From positions 57,120-121,119 of the forward strand of contig JBMORX010000009.1 of the NCBI GenBank assembly GCA_049322615.1: a DNA stretch of 64,000 nucleotides. Reading direction: 5' to 3'. Both the position numbers and the translations under genes were made by a program. Below the pieces are notes generated by a model. It saw nothing but the letters and a program-made list of their open reading frames with translations, did no database searches and was not told the DNA's origin. The DNA comes from Patescibacteria group bacterium (GTDB lineage: Bacteria; Patescibacteriota; Microgenomatia; CAYGWK01). Each line of letters opens with the position of its first letter. The first letter of the stretch is position 1. This document shows positions 54,861-64,000 of this stretch, one piece after another.

Positions 54861-54902
54861 TTGCACCCCAGGGGTGAAATACGAACACACCTGCGGATTA
54901 AG
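54861..54902. repeat. REP-like element family B copy, flank of transposase 2
   Basis: ttgcaccccaggggtgaaatacgaacacacctgcggattaag. Confidence 0.8.
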
Positions 54903-54906
54903 AGAC

Positions 54907-57003
54907 TTAACTAGCCGTAATTTCCTTAATCTTGTCCCTAATTTTGGCTGCGAGTTCAAAGTTTAGATCGCGAGCTGCTTCTTTCATTTCTTTGGTTAAG
55001 CGCTTGACTAGCCTTAGGCGATCTTCAGGTGTCAGTTGTCCAGAATCAAGATGTTTAAGTTCTGACAAAGCAGATTGATAACTTCTGATTCCGAAAATAA
55101 ATGGGTCTATTCTTTCTTCGCGGACTACCAGTTTTTCCCTAATTGGCTTTTGAATACTCCGAGGAGTAATTTTGTGTTTTTTATTGTATTCAAGTTGAAT
55201 GTTTCTTCTCCGGGAAACTTCAGCGATTGCCCGCTTCATTGAACCAGTCAGATTATCAGCATACATAATTACCTGTCCATTTATATGCCTAGCTGCCCGA
55301 CCCATGACCTGAATCAAAGAGGTTTCTGAGCGCAAAAACCCCTCTTTATCCGCATCTAAAATTGCCACCAAAGAAACTTCGGGCAAATCAAGTCCTTCTC
55401 GTAAAAGATTAATCCCCACCACCACATCATATTTTCCCAAACGCAAATCATCTAAAATATCAGACCGGTCAAGAGTCTGGATCTCTGAATGAAGGTAATG
55501 AACTTTTACCCCTTTTTCCTGAAGATATAAAGCCAAATCTTCAGCCATTCTTTTAGTTAAAGTCGTTACCAGAACCCTTTCTCTCGCTTTGACCCTTTTG
55601 TCTATTTCTAAAATCAAGTTATCAATCTGTCCCTCAGTTTTCTTAATGGAAATCTCTGGGTCGGGAATTCCAGTTGGGCGAATAAGTTGTTCCACGGGCT
55701 TGCCAGTTTTTTCAAGTTCCCAGTCTGCTGGGGTGGCTGAAGTATAAATTGTTTGGGGAATCCTCCTTAAAAATTCTGCAAATTTCAGAGGTCGGTTATC
55801 TAAAGCCGCCGGCAGTCTAAACCCAAATTTGACCAAGGTTTCCTTTCTTGAGCGGTCGCCATTATACATCCCTTCAATTTGGGGAATGCTCATGTGCGAC
55901 TCGTCAATAAATAAAAGCCAATTATTCTGGTAAGGCTCTTTAAAATAATCAAGTAAAGTGTAGGGTGGCTCGCCAGGTTTTCGACCATCAAAATAGCGAG
56001 AATAATTTTCAACCCCATTGACATATCCAGTTTCTTCAATCATCTCCAAATCATAATTCACTCTTTGTTCTAAGCGGTGAGCCTCAAGTATCTTTCCTTG
56101 GGAACGGAGTTCTCTAAGTCTTTCTTCCAGATCTTTCCTTATTTCCACAAAAACATCTGAAAGACTGGCTGGATCAGTCATATAGTGTTTGGCAGGATAG
56201 ATTAAGACAGAAGTGGGAAGGGCGAAGTGCCGTGCGTCGCCAGAGGCTACTCGCCGTTGCGTAGCCACGCTTTGGCGGAGCGCGGTGCCGGCGGCGCGAG
56301 AAGTGGGAAGAATTTTGCCATTTAGGGGATCTATTTTGGCGATTTTCGTAATCCTCTCTCCCTCCATTTCAATTCTGACAGCCACATCTTCGTAGGCTGG
56401 GAAAATGTCAATCGTGTCTCCTCTGACTCGGAAAGTGCCTCGGTGAAAACCATAGTCTGCCCGATCGTATTGAAGACGGGTAAGCCTTCTTAATATTTCC
56501 TGGCGATCAATTTTTTGTCCAATTTCTACTTCTAAAACAAAATGTCCATATTCTCTGGGCGAACCAAGGTTATAAATACAAGAAACTGAAGCAACAATGA
56601 TGGTATCTGGTCTGGTTAAAATATTGGTCGTAGACTCCAGTCTTAATTTGTCAATTAATTCATTTATTTCTGTTTCTTTTTCAATATAAGTGTCGGTTTG
56701 GGGAATATAAGCCTCGGGTTGATAATAATCATAATAAGAAACAAAGAAACAAACCGCGTTCTCGGGAAAGAAATCGCGAAATTCTTGATAAAGCTGGGCG
56801 GCTAGGGTTTTGTTATGAGAAATAACCAAAGTCGGTCGTTGCAGTTTGGCAATGACATTAGCCATGGTAAAAGTTTTTCCCGAACCAGTTACCCCAAGTA
56901 AAACTTGATGTTTTTCCCCAGCCCGAATTCCGGTCACCAATTTCTCAATCGCCTCCGGCTGGTCTCCGGTGGGTTTAAAAGTTGAATGGAGTTTAAATTC
57001 CAT
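54907..57003 (-). CDS. uvrB: excinuclease ABC subunit B carrying an in-frame ~34-aa insertion encoded by the GC-rich 74-nt core
   Basis: [10 protein letters not shown] Walker A, helicase motifs, C-terminal UvrB/UvrC interaction helix; insertion at 56210-56312. Confidence 0.9.
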   Translation of the reverse strand: MEFKLHSTFKPTGDQPEAIEKLVTGIRAGEKHQVLLGVTGSGKTFTMANVIAKLQRPTLVISHNKTLAAQLYQEFRDFFPENAVCFFVSYYDYYQPEAYIPQTDTYIEKETEINELIDKLRLESTTNILTRPDTIIVASVSCIYNLGSPREYGHFVLEVEIGQKIDRQEILRRLTRLQYDRADYGFHRGTFRVRGDTIDIFPAYEDVAVRIEMEGERITKIAKIDPLNGKILPTSRAAGTALRQSVATQRRVASGDARHFALPTSVLIYPAKHYMTDPASLSDVFVEIRKDLEERLRELRSQGKILEAHRLEQRVNYDLEMIEETGYVNGVENYSRYFDGRKPGEPPYTLLDYFKEPYQNNWLLFIDESHMSIPQIEGMYNGDRSRKETLVKFGFRLPAALDNRPLKFAEFLRRIPQTIYTSATPADWELEKTGKPVEQLIRPTGIPDPEISIKKTEGQIDNLILEIDKRVKARERVLVTTLTKRMAEDLALYLQEKGVKVHYLHSEIQTLDRSDILDDLRLGKYDVVVGINLLREGLDLPEVSLVAILDADKEGFLRSETSLIQVMGRAARHINGQVIMYADNLTGSMKRAIAEVSRRRNIQLEYNKKHKITPRSIQKPIREKLVVREERIDPFIFGIRSYQSALSELKHLDSGQLTPEDRLRLVKRLTKEMKEAARDLNFELAAKIRDKIKEITAS
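56210..56312. repeat. GC-rich 74-nt hairpin core flanked by GGGAAGT heptamers, in frame in uvrB
   Basis: core identical to 14250-14323; the frame of insertion differs from the pheT copy. Confidence 0.85.
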
Positions 57004-57031
57004 AGCGGGTTACATTATATCATCTTTTGAT

Positions 57032-57090
57032 TCCAGGACTCTGATTCCAGGACTATCCTGGAACAGGCACGAATCCAGGACTATCCTGGA
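57032..57090. repeat. three REP-A hairpin units (inverted orientation) in the divergent uvrB-lexA promoter region
   Basis: ccaggactctga / ttccaggactatcctggaa / tccaggactatcctgga. Confidence 0.8.
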
Positions 57091-57183
57091 TCACCCCCAG
57101 CTTTGCCAAGGCTTCGGCGAGGTCTGCGTCCCGATAAAAATCGGGACTTGACATTTGGGTTTTCTTCGTATTATGATTAAACC

Positions 57184-57798
57184 ATGCCAGTTACTCTTTA
57201 TCGTCGCCAAAAACAAATTTTAGATTTCTTGAGCCTTTATATTCAAAAACATGGCTATTCTCCAACTTTACAGCAAATTGCTGATGCTTTAGGGGTCCGC
57301 TCATTGGCGACAGTTCACGAACATTTAGCCGCCATGGTTAAAAAAGGAATAATCCATCGTTTTGAAGGGGCGGTCCGGGGAATTGAAATTGTTGACAAAA
57401 AACTTGGAGAGTTAACCGCCGGCGTTGAACTACCAATTTTAGGCTATATTGCCGCCGGCTCGCCCATTGAACCCTACACTGACCCAAATGCCACAATTTC
57501 TGTCGCTCCCGGACTTTTATCTGGTAAAAAACCTGCTTTTGTACTTCAGGTTAAAGGGGAGTCAATGATTGAAGATGGCATTCTGCCTGATGACTATGTC
57601 GTTGTTGAACAGCAAGAAGAGGTAAGAAATGGCGATATTGTTGTCGCTTTGCTTGAAAATGGCTTGGCGACTTTAAAACGCTATTTTCGTGAAGCCTCGC
57701 GAATTAGACTTGAACCAGCAAATTCAAAAATGTCGCCAATTTTTACCACTAAAGTTAAAATTCAAGGAAAAGTGGTGGGAGTAATTAGAAGATATTAA
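57184..57798 (+). CDS. lexA: LexA repressor (S24 peptidase)
   Basis: N-terminal winged HTH; catalytic GESM Ser and a downstream Lys region; 204 aa; divergent from uvrB. Confidence 0.85.
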   Translation: MPVTLYRRQKQILDFLSLYIQKHGYSPTLQQIADALGVRSLATVHEHLAAMVKKGIIHRFEGAVRGIEIVDKKLGELTAGVELPILGYIAAGSPIEPYTDPNATISVAPGLLSGKKPAFVLQVKGESMIEDGILPDDYVVVEQQEEVRNGDIVVALLENGLATLKRYFREASRIRLEPANSKMSPIFTTKVKIQGKVVGVIRRY

Positions 57799-59089
57799 TA
57801 ATCATCAACGTCGAGGCAAGTCCAACAAAGACAAAAGTCACCCAGGCAACCATTCTGTTTAATCTTGTGGTTTTAAAATTACCGACAACCCTTTGATCAT
57901 CCGCCAGTTTAATAATAATGGCAATTAAGGGAACGGCGATTACCCCATTGATGATTGCCGCATAATACAAAGCCTTGATTGGGTTTATCCCCAGCAGATT
58001 GATGATGGCGCCAACTAAAGTTGCTAAACCCAAAACAAGATAAAAAGCTTTTGCCTCACTTAATTTTTTACTCAATCCTTCTTTAAAGCCAAAAACCTCG
58101 GAAAAGGCATAAGCAACTCCTCCGGCTAAAATAGGGACAGATTGAAGACCAATGCCGATAATGCCAAAAGTGAAAAGAATAAAGGCAAAGTCACCGACTA
58201 AAGGTTTTAAAGCCAAAGCAGCCTGTTGGGGAGTCTCAATATCAGTGATGCCACTTGCATGTAAGGTTTGGGCGGTGGTTAAAACGATAAAAGCGGCGAC
58301 CAAATTAGAAAAAATCATCCCAATCATTGTATCTCGTCGCATATAAACAATTTCTTTTTTGGCGATGTGTGGTTTTCTTTCAAATTCCTTAATTTTTCCT
58401 TCCTCAATTTCTTCTTCGACCTCTTCTGCCGCCTGCCAGAAGAAAAGATAAGGAGAAATCGTTGTCCCGATAAAACCCACCATGGTCATGAGGTAGACCA
58501 GGGAGAAATCAATATGAGGAATCAGGGTATGCTTTAAGACTGAAAGCCAATCCTGTTTGATGATTACCGCGGTTGCCCCGTAAACCAAAAGCGTTAGCCC
58601 CATGAACTTAAGATAAGAAGAATATTTACGGTAAGAAACGAAGATCTCAAGCATAAGGCTAAACAGAGTTACCGCCGCTAACCAGAACAAAAATGGTAAT
58701 CCTAAAACCATCACCAGGCTTGCGGCCATAATTCCCAGGTCAGCGCTAATGTTTATGGTGTTGGCAACAATCAAAAGAACAACCGCAAAACCTAGTAATT
58801 GTTTAGAATAAAATTTCTTAATTACTCCTGCCAGACCCATTCCCGAGACCATGCCAATTCTTCCGCACATTTCCTGAACTGAAATCATCATCGGCACTAA
58901 AAAGAGTGACAGCCAGTTAAGTCGATATCCGAATCGGGCGCCGGCAATCGAATAGGTCGCCACCCCTGAAGGATCGTCGTCAGCCGCGCCAGTAATAAAC
59001 CCCGGTCCGACGGATTTAAGAAGTTCTTTTAATTTTTTGAACCTTGCGGTAAACATAAGAAGCAAAAAGGAAAATACCCCCAAGAACAA
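57785..59089 (-). CDS. mntH: NRAMP-family divalent metal transporter
   Basis: GPGFITGAADDDPSGVATYS motif; 11-12 TM segments. Confidence 0.7.
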   Translation of the reverse strand: MFLGVFSFLLLMFTARFKKLKELLKSVGPGFITGAADDDPSGVATYSIAGARFGYRLNWLSLFLVPMMISVQEMCGRIGMVSGMGLAGVIKKFYSKQLLGFAVVLLIVANTINISADLGIMAASLVMVLGLPFLFWLAAVTLFSLMLEIFVSYRKYSSYLKFMGLTLLVYGATAVIIKQDWLSVLKHTLIPHIDFSLVYLMTMVGFIGTTISPYLFFWQAAEEVEEEIEEGKIKEFERKPHIAKKEIVYMRRDTMIGMIFSNLVAAFIVLTTAQTLHASGITDIETPQQAALALKPLVGDFAFILFTFGIIGIGLQSVPILAGGVAYAFSEVFGFKEGLSKKLSEAKAFYLVLGLATLVGAIINLLGINPIKALYYAAIINGVIAVPLIAIIIKLADDQRVVGNFKTTRLNRMVAWVTFVFVGLASTLMIINIF

Positions 59090-59639
59090 TCAAAATCTCA
59101 AATTTCCGAAAGTAAACCTCTAAAATATTCCAATTCTGACCCAAAGCCACTCCCAATCGGGTAAGAAAAGCCGACCAAATTAAAGAACCGGTTAAGGTAT
59201 AAAGGGAAAACTTAATAACATTCATTTTGGCAATTCCCGCCGGCAAAGAGATAAAAGTCCTAACAATAGGTAAAAGACGAGAGAAAAAGGCAATTTTTCC
59301 TCCGTGAGCCCTAAACCACCGCTCTGCCTGGTCAACCTCCTCAAGGTTTATAAGCAGATATTTTCCATAAGACCTAACTGCCCTGCGGACAACTTTCTCT
59401 TGACCCCAAAAGCCTAAAGCATAGACAGCCAAAGACCCAACCAAGTTTCCCAAACCGCCAACTAAGACAACTGCCAGAAAATTCATCTTCCCCAAACCCA
59501 CCAAAAATCCAGCAAAAGGCATGGTCACTTCTGAAGGAATAGGAATTAAAGCCGATTCTAAAGTCATTAAAATAAAAATGGCTGGATAGCCGATGGTAGA
59601 GACAGAACTGGTAATCCAAGAGGCAATCTGTTCAATCAT
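59016..59639 (-). CDS. DedA/VTT-family membrane protein
   Basis: DedA core (GYPAIFILM...PIPSEVTMPFAGFLVG...RLLPIVRTFISLPAG). Confidence 0.7.
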   Translation of the reverse strand: MIEQIASWITSSVSTIGYPAIFILMTLESALIPIPSEVTMPFAGFLVGLGKMNFLAVVLVGGLGNLVGSLAVYALGFWGQEKVVRRAVRSYGKYLLINLEEVDQAERWFRAHGGKIAFFSRLLPIVRTFISLPAGIAKMNVIKFSLYTLTGSLIWSAFLTRLGVALGQNWNILEVYFRKFEILIVLGGIFLFASYVYRKVQKIKRTS

Positions 59640-59875
59640 TTTTCGACTTTAATCGCAGAGTCTGGACAAAAAATTTCACAAATCCCACAAAGATTACATT
59701 TTAGCGGGTCAACGCAAGGCACAGGGGTGCTATAGACACCTAAGTCTTTGCTAAAAATTAAGGCTTTAAAGGGACACTTTTCAAGACAAATTCCACAACC
59801 CTTACAAAGTCCTAAAAAGACCGTCCAGGAGCCTTTCTTAACTTTTGTTGTTTTCCCTCTGAAATTATTTTCCAT
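59636..59875 (-). CDS. porD: 4Fe-4S ferredoxin, delta subunit of 2-oxoacid:ferredoxin oxidoreductase
   Basis: two CxxCxxCxxxCP clusters; 79 aa; follows por gamma. Confidence 0.7.
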   Translation of the reverse strand: MENNFRGKTTKVKKGSWTVFLGLCKGCGICLEKCPFKALIFSKDLGVYSTPVPCVDPLKCNLCGICEIFCPDSAIKVEK

Positions 59876-59927
59876 CGCTATTTCGAGATTTATCGAGAAA
59901 CAAGCTTTGCTTATGTAGTAATGAAAT

Positions 59928-60422
59928 TTATCCCAATGCTTTTAAATTTATTTCTCGCAACTTTGGATCTTCTTTGAACTTTTCCGCCAGTTTCTCTTCG
60001 AGGGCACGCCTGACGCTTTCCTTATCGACTACCCCAGATTCTTCAATTATCTTTCCCAAAATAATTATATTCCAAACTTTAGCCGGCAACTTCACACCTC
60101 TAAGGTGTGCGGCTATTGACACCTCGGGAATTTTGTCCGAAACGACCGCTGGTCCTAAAATTACTTGAGTATTTTTACCAATATAGCCTTTTACCCGCTC
60201 AATTGCCCGGTCGCAAAAAATTGCTACCAAATCTCCCTTCTCAAACTTTGGATAGTCGCAATCACTAATTTTGACAAAAGCCAAGGAGACCCCTCCACGC
60301 TGCTCGACCCCAAAGTTTGGAATTATTGAGGCTTTTTTTTCTTCCAAAAAGGCTGAATAAGCCAAAATTTCTGCCGCCAGCTGAACTCCCTGACCTCCTT
60401 CTCCGGCAAATAAAATTTTCAT
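59928..60422 (-). CDS. porC: pyruvate/2-oxoacid:ferredoxin oxidoreductase gamma subunit
   Basis: MKILFAGEGGQGVQ N-terminus. Confidence 0.8.
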   Translation of the reverse strand: MKILFAGEGGQGVQLAAEILAYSAFLEEKKASIIPNFGVEQRGGVSLAFVKISDCDYPKFEKGDLVAIFCDRAIERVKGYIGKNTQVILGPAVVSDKIPEVSIAAHLRGVKLPAKVWNIIILGKIIEESGVVDKESVRRALEEKLAEKFKEDPKLREINLKALG

Positions 60423-61135
60423 TTTAGTTCTCCTTGAGGAAAGTATTTTTCCAGCTCTTTTACTCTTTCAATGGTTTGGGGAGCATTCGTTTTCCAATTT
60501 AAGGGACAGGCAGAGACAACTTCGACAAAAGAAAAATTACCTGCTCTTTGAGTTTCTAAAGCGGCTTTAAAGAAATTTTTTAATTCTCCAGGTTTTTCAC
60601 TGGAGGTTCTGGCAATATAAGCTTTCTCCCAGGAGAGATGCTGGAGCAGTTCTGGTCCCATAAAAGTTTTTCCCTCGATTTTTGGGTCTTTACCTGAGGG
60701 AGTTGAGTCAGTCACTTGTCCCGCAAGAGTGGTTGGGGCTAGCTGCCCACCGGTCATTCCATAATTGGTGTTATTAACCAAAATTATGGTGATTGGATTA
60801 TTCCGCAAACAGGCATGAATTAAATTCTGAAGCCCGATGGCATAACCTCCACCATCACCAATCAAACAAATAACATTTTTTTCAGGATCCGCCATCTTAA
60901 ACCCAACGGCGGTCGCCACTGTTCTTCCGTGGTGAGTCTGGGAGGTTGGTAAATCATAAAAATCCCAGGCGAGGAGATTGCAGCCAATATCAGTTAAAAA
61001 CACCGTGTTTTCCTGGATACCCAGCTCATCGACAACCAAACCCAGGTTTTTTAAGATAATTCCGTATCCGCACCCCGGACAAAACTTATGGGGTTTAGAG
61101 GAAACCTTGTAACATTTCGGGAAATTAGGCTCCAT
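60419..61135 (-). CDS. porB: pyruvate/2-oxoacid:ferredoxin oxidoreductase beta subunit (TPP-binding)
   Basis: GDGG...TPP-binding block; N-terminal Cys cluster. Confidence 0.8.
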   Translation of the reverse strand: MEPNFPKCYKVSSKPHKFCPGCGYGIILKNLGLVVDELGIQENTVFLTDIGCNLLAWDFYDLPTSQTHHGRTVATAVGFKMADPEKNVICLIGDGGGYAIGLQNLIHACLRNNPITIILVNNTNYGMTGGQLAPTTLAGQVTDSTPSGKDPKIEGKTFMGPELLQHLSWEKAYIARTSSEKPGELKNFFKAALETQRAGNFSFVEVVSACPLNWKTNAPQTIERVKELEKYFPQGELK

Positions 61136-62120
61136 ATATTTCTAAAATTTCCTCTGGGGTAAAACCCAAAGCAGGCTTACCAATACTTTCAATCTCTCCC
61201 TGCCAGCCTTGGAGTTTATCACGAACTAGTTTTGATAACTGTCCAAGCGAAGACTCGACAATGGTTATTTTTTTGACAGTTTTGCTAATCTTTTTAAGAC
61301 CTTCATCAGGGAAAGGCCAGAGGGTTTTCGGTCTAAAAAGAAAAACTCCGGCATCTTTGGCTGCTAAAGCCACTGTTCCATAGGCAATGATAATTTTTTC
61401 CGCTGGTTTACCACTGACTTCATATTCACAAATTTCATCTGCCATTTTTTGCCAGTCAGAAAAATTTCTCATATTAAGCTCATAAACTTCCTCTTCTAAG
61501 TTATAGCAATTCCTCATATTCGTGGTTAAAATCGGCTCAATTTTTTCATTTTTCATTTTTAATTTTTCATTGATGTTAACTTCCCCCTTCATCTTCCCCA
61601 AATATCCATCATAGAGAATAAAAGTCGGAAATCGATACTTCCAGGCATTGGCAAAGGTTTTAAGGGTCAAATCGTATAATTCTTGGAGAGACGATGGTGC
61701 GTAAACTAATCTTAATCCTTCGCCATTGCCACCGAAAGCGGTCAAATAAAGCTCTTGCTGGGAATAGATGACCTGTCCGGTTGAAGGACCACCCCGTTGA
61801 CCAATCAGACAAACTGTCGGTAGCCTCATCCCTTCTGCCATTGAGATTGCATCCTGCATCAAAACAGTTCCCGGACCAGCGGTGGCCGTAAAAGCCGGAA
61901 CTCCGGCTAAAACACTTCCGCAAACCCCAAATCCGGCTGCCATCTCATCTTCAGTCTGAAGATACTTTCTCTTATTTTTCTCGGCTAATCTAACCCAGGT
62001 GGAGAAGACTTCAGTTGTTGGTGTAATTGGATAGCCAAACATAATCTGGGCCCCGGCGTCAAACGCCGCCTGAGCCAAAACTTCATTTCCCATTAAAAAA
62101 GATCGCATGTTATAATTCAT
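61125..62120 (-). CDS. porA: pyruvate/2-oxoacid:ferredoxin oxidoreductase alpha subunit
   Basis: domain I/II blocks; 331 aa; first gene of the por operon. Confidence 0.8.
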   Translation of the reverse strand: MNYNMRSFLMGNEVLAQAAFDAGAQIMFGYPITPTTEVFSTWVRLAEKNKRKYLQTEDEMAAGFGVCGSVLAGVPAFTATAGPGTVLMQDAISMAEGMRLPTVCLIGQRGGPSTGQVIYSQQELYLTAFGGNGEGLRLVYAPSSLQELYDLTLKTFANAWKYRFPTFILYDGYLGKMKGEVNINEKLKMKNEKIEPILTTNMRNCYNLEEEVYELNMRNFSDWQKMADEICEYEVSGKPAEKIIIAYGTVALAAKDAGVFLFRPKTLWPFPDEGLKKISKTVKKITIVESSLGQLSKLVRDKLQGWQGEIESIGKPALGFTPEEILEIYGA

Positions 62121-62123
62121 TGT

Positions 62124-62822
62124 ATGGCTAAACTCTATCTTGTGTCAACCCCAATTGGAAATCTGGGAGATTTGACTCTTCGGGCAAAAAGAATTTTATC
62201 AGAAGTTGAAGTTATTGCTTGCGAAGATACCAGAAAAACTGGATTGCTCCTTCAAGCCTTGCGTAAGGAGAGGGCAAAACTGATTTCTTATTACGAAGAA
62301 AACGAATTAATAAGAATTCCAGAAATTATTAATCTTCTAAAACAAGGCAAAAATGTCGCTTTAGTTTCAAACGCCGGTACGCCCACTATCTCTGACCCAG
62401 GATATAAACTTGTTCGAGAATGCATAAACCAGAGTATTCAAGTCGAAGCGATTCCAGGCGCCTCAGCGATTCTCACCGCCTTAGTCTCTTCTGGTCTACC
62501 AACCGATAAATTTTTATTCTTGGGATATCTCCCCAAAAAAGCCGGCAAGCGCCAAAAACTCCTAAATGACCTGTATCACTGTACTAGTACAATAGTACAA
62601 ATGCAACCGACAATTATTCTTTTTGAATCTCCATACCGCTTACTTGAAACACTTCAAGACCTAAAAGAAATGTTTGGTGATATCAAAATCGTTATCTGTC
62701 GGGAATTAACAAAAATTCATGAAGAAATAAGAAGAGAAAAGATTTCCGATTCAATCAAACATTTTGAACAAGTCAAACCTAAAGGAGAATTTGTTATTCT
62801 TTTTAATATTCCTCTAAAGTAG
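62124..62822 (+). CDS. rsmI: 16S rRNA (cytidine1402-2'-O)-methyltransferase
   Basis: tetrapyrrole-methylase fold N-terminus [18 protein letters not shown]...ACEDTR. Confidence 0.85.
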   Translation: MAKLYLVSTPIGNLGDLTLRAKRILSEVEVIACEDTRKTGLLLQALRKERAKLISYYEENELIRIPEIINLLKQGKNVALVSNAGTPTISDPGYKLVRECINQSIQVEAIPGASAILTALVSSGLPTDKFLFLGYLPKKAGKRQKLLNDLYHCTSTIVQMQPTIILFESPYRLLETLQDLKEMFGDIKIVICRELTKIHEEIRREKISDSIKHFEQVKPKGEFVILFNIPLK

Positions 62823-64000
62823 AGACATCGCCGATTGGTAAACCCAATTCTTTTGCCTTCAGAAGTCTTCTGACAATTTTTCCTGAACGAGTTTTTGGGA
62901 GTTTGTCGATAAACTCAATTTCTCGCGGATAAGCATGACCAGCCAAATGGGTTTTGACATGCTCCTGTAATTTCTCAACTAGGGTTTTTGAGGGCCTCCA
63001 GGAAGGCTTTAAAGCCACAAAAGCCTTGATTATCTCTCCTCGAATTGGGTCTGGTTTACCAATTACTCCTGCTTCAGCCACGGCTGGATGCTCCAAGAGG
63101 CTTGATTCAACCTCAAACGGTCCAACTCGTTCACCTCCAGTTTTAATCACGTCGTCTGCTCTTCCCACAAACCAAAAATAGCCATCGCGATCTTTATAGG
63201 CTAAATCTCCGGTGATATACCAACCTCCTACGAAGTAGCTTTTGTATTTTGAAGGACGACGCCAGATAGTTTTCATCATTGATGGCCAGGGAGGTTTTAT
63301 CGCCAAATTCCCTACTCTGCCAGGGGAGAGCCTTTTGCCCTTATCATCAACTATTTCCGCGGAAATTCCAGGAATTGGTTTTCCCATTGAGCCTGGCTTA
63401 ATATCCATACAGGGATAGTTGGCGATTAAGATCCCACCAGTTTCTGTTTGCCACCAATTATCATGAAAGGGTAAACCAAAAGCTTTAAGTCCCCAATAAA
63501 CTGCCTCTGGATTTAAAGGCTCGCCTACTGAAGCCAAATGCCGAAGAGATGACAAATCATATTTTTTAACTAAACCAGAATCCGAAGCCGCCAACATTCT
63601 AATAGCAGTTGGCGCGGTGTACCAAACATTAACTTTATAGTCTTGGATTAGTTGATACCATTTTTCTGGACTAAATCTGCCTTCATAAACCAGGGAAGAA
63701 GCCCCATTTGACCAGGAGCCCAAGATTTCATAAGCAATTCCGGTAACCCAACCTGGATCAGCCGTGCAGTTATGAACAACCATATTGCTAAGAACATATG
63801 AACCAACTTCTGTTTCTAAATTGAAAACTTCTCCTTTATAAGGAATTTTTTTGATGGAGCGAATTGGTACCCAGATGAAATTTGGAGAAACATGGGCATG
63901 TTGATAAACGCTCGAGCGTTTATTTAAAAAAGGATGAGTTTTACCTAACACCTTGCTTAATTTCTTCAAAGATTTTCCACCGCTGGTTAAATAATAACAA
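62803..64000 (-). CDS. acs: acetyl-CoA synthetase (AMP-forming), partial with the 5' end beyond the window, containing the C-terminal part of an intein
   Basis: [11 protein letters not shown] and the C-terminal AMP-binding domain; ...[21 protein letters not shown]|CTADPGW shows intein blocks F/G with a +1 Cys; the frame stays open to the window edge. Confidence 0.7.
   Translation of the reverse strand, partial: CYYLTSGGKSLKKLSKVLGKTHPFLNKRSSVYQHAHVSPNFIWVPIRSIKKIPYKGEVFNLETEVGSYVLSNMVVHNCTADPGWVTGIAYEILGSWSNGASSLVYEGRFSPEKWYQLIQDYKVNVWYTAPTAIRMLAASDSGLVKKYDLSSLRHLASVGEPLNPEAVYWGLKAFGLPFHDNWWQTETGGILIANYPCMDIKPGSMGKPIPGISAEIVDDKGKRLSPGRVGNLAIKPPWPSMMKTIWRRPSKYKSYFVGGWYITGDLAYKDRDGYFWFVGRADDVIKTGGERVGPFEVESSLLEHPAVAEAGVIGKPDPIRGEIIKAFVALKPSWRPSKTLVEKLQEHVKTHLAGHAYPREIEFIDKLPKTRSGKIVRRLLKAKELGLPIGDVSTLEEY

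Noticed and set aside
59016-59089. 74-nt overlap between mntH and the DedA-like gene, considered as evidence of a frameshift
   Set aside because: Both proteins are full-length with intact TM topology. An alternative downstream start for mntH (MFTARFKK) removes most of the overlap.

Overview
This is a low-GC, gene-dense bacterial window with nearly all genes on the minus strand and short intergenic spacers. Truncated housekeeping proteins, an archaeal/eukaryotic-type DRG GTPase and a pyruvate:ferredoxin oxidoreductase (por) operon suggest a Candidate Phyla Radiation (Patescibacteria-like) genome; that assignment is inference. The core genes are recG, tyrS, a class A penicillin-binding protein, pheST, thrS-infC-rpmI-rplT, tig, uvrC, uvrA, uvrB, lexA, secG, por alpha/beta/gamma/delta, rsmI and an acs gene that runs off the right edge. 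On top of that the window carries an unusual amount of small mobile and repetitive DNA. There are two IS200/RayT-like HUH transposase genes, each flanked by its own REP-like hairpin family. REP copies sit in frame inside uvrA and inside a radical SAM gene. A 74-nt GC-rich hairpin core is 100 % identical inside pheT and uvrB. Runs of 7-nt tandem repeats sit in frame in recG, tyrS, uvrC and other CDSs. A second GC-rich element family lies in two intergenic spacers. The most striking region is a 2-kb tRNA array (43.4-45.5 kb), together with two further tRNA loci (20.3-21.0 kb and 33.5-34.0 kb). Here intact tRNA genes are embedded between the split halves of decayed tRNA genes and bounded by inverted repeats. 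Small GIY-YIG (x2) and HNH (x1) endonuclease genes abut the 5' ends of tRNA genes. I read this as a family of selfish elements that insert into tRNA genes while carrying a replacement tRNA. Two aminoacyl-tRNA synthetase operons (pheST and thrS) are preceded by leaderless leader peptides rich in the cognate codon (FFF; TVTTTT), each with a terminator/antiterminator arrangement. A restriction-modification pair is followed by an accessory island (39.3-43.4 kb) with a methyltransferase C-terminal remnant, DUF4145-like and DUF3800-like genes, and duplicated promoter modules carrying perfect 20-30 bp palindromes. No rRNA genes or CRISPR arrays were seen. All calls come from reading the sequence and the ORF translations; no search or folding tool was run.
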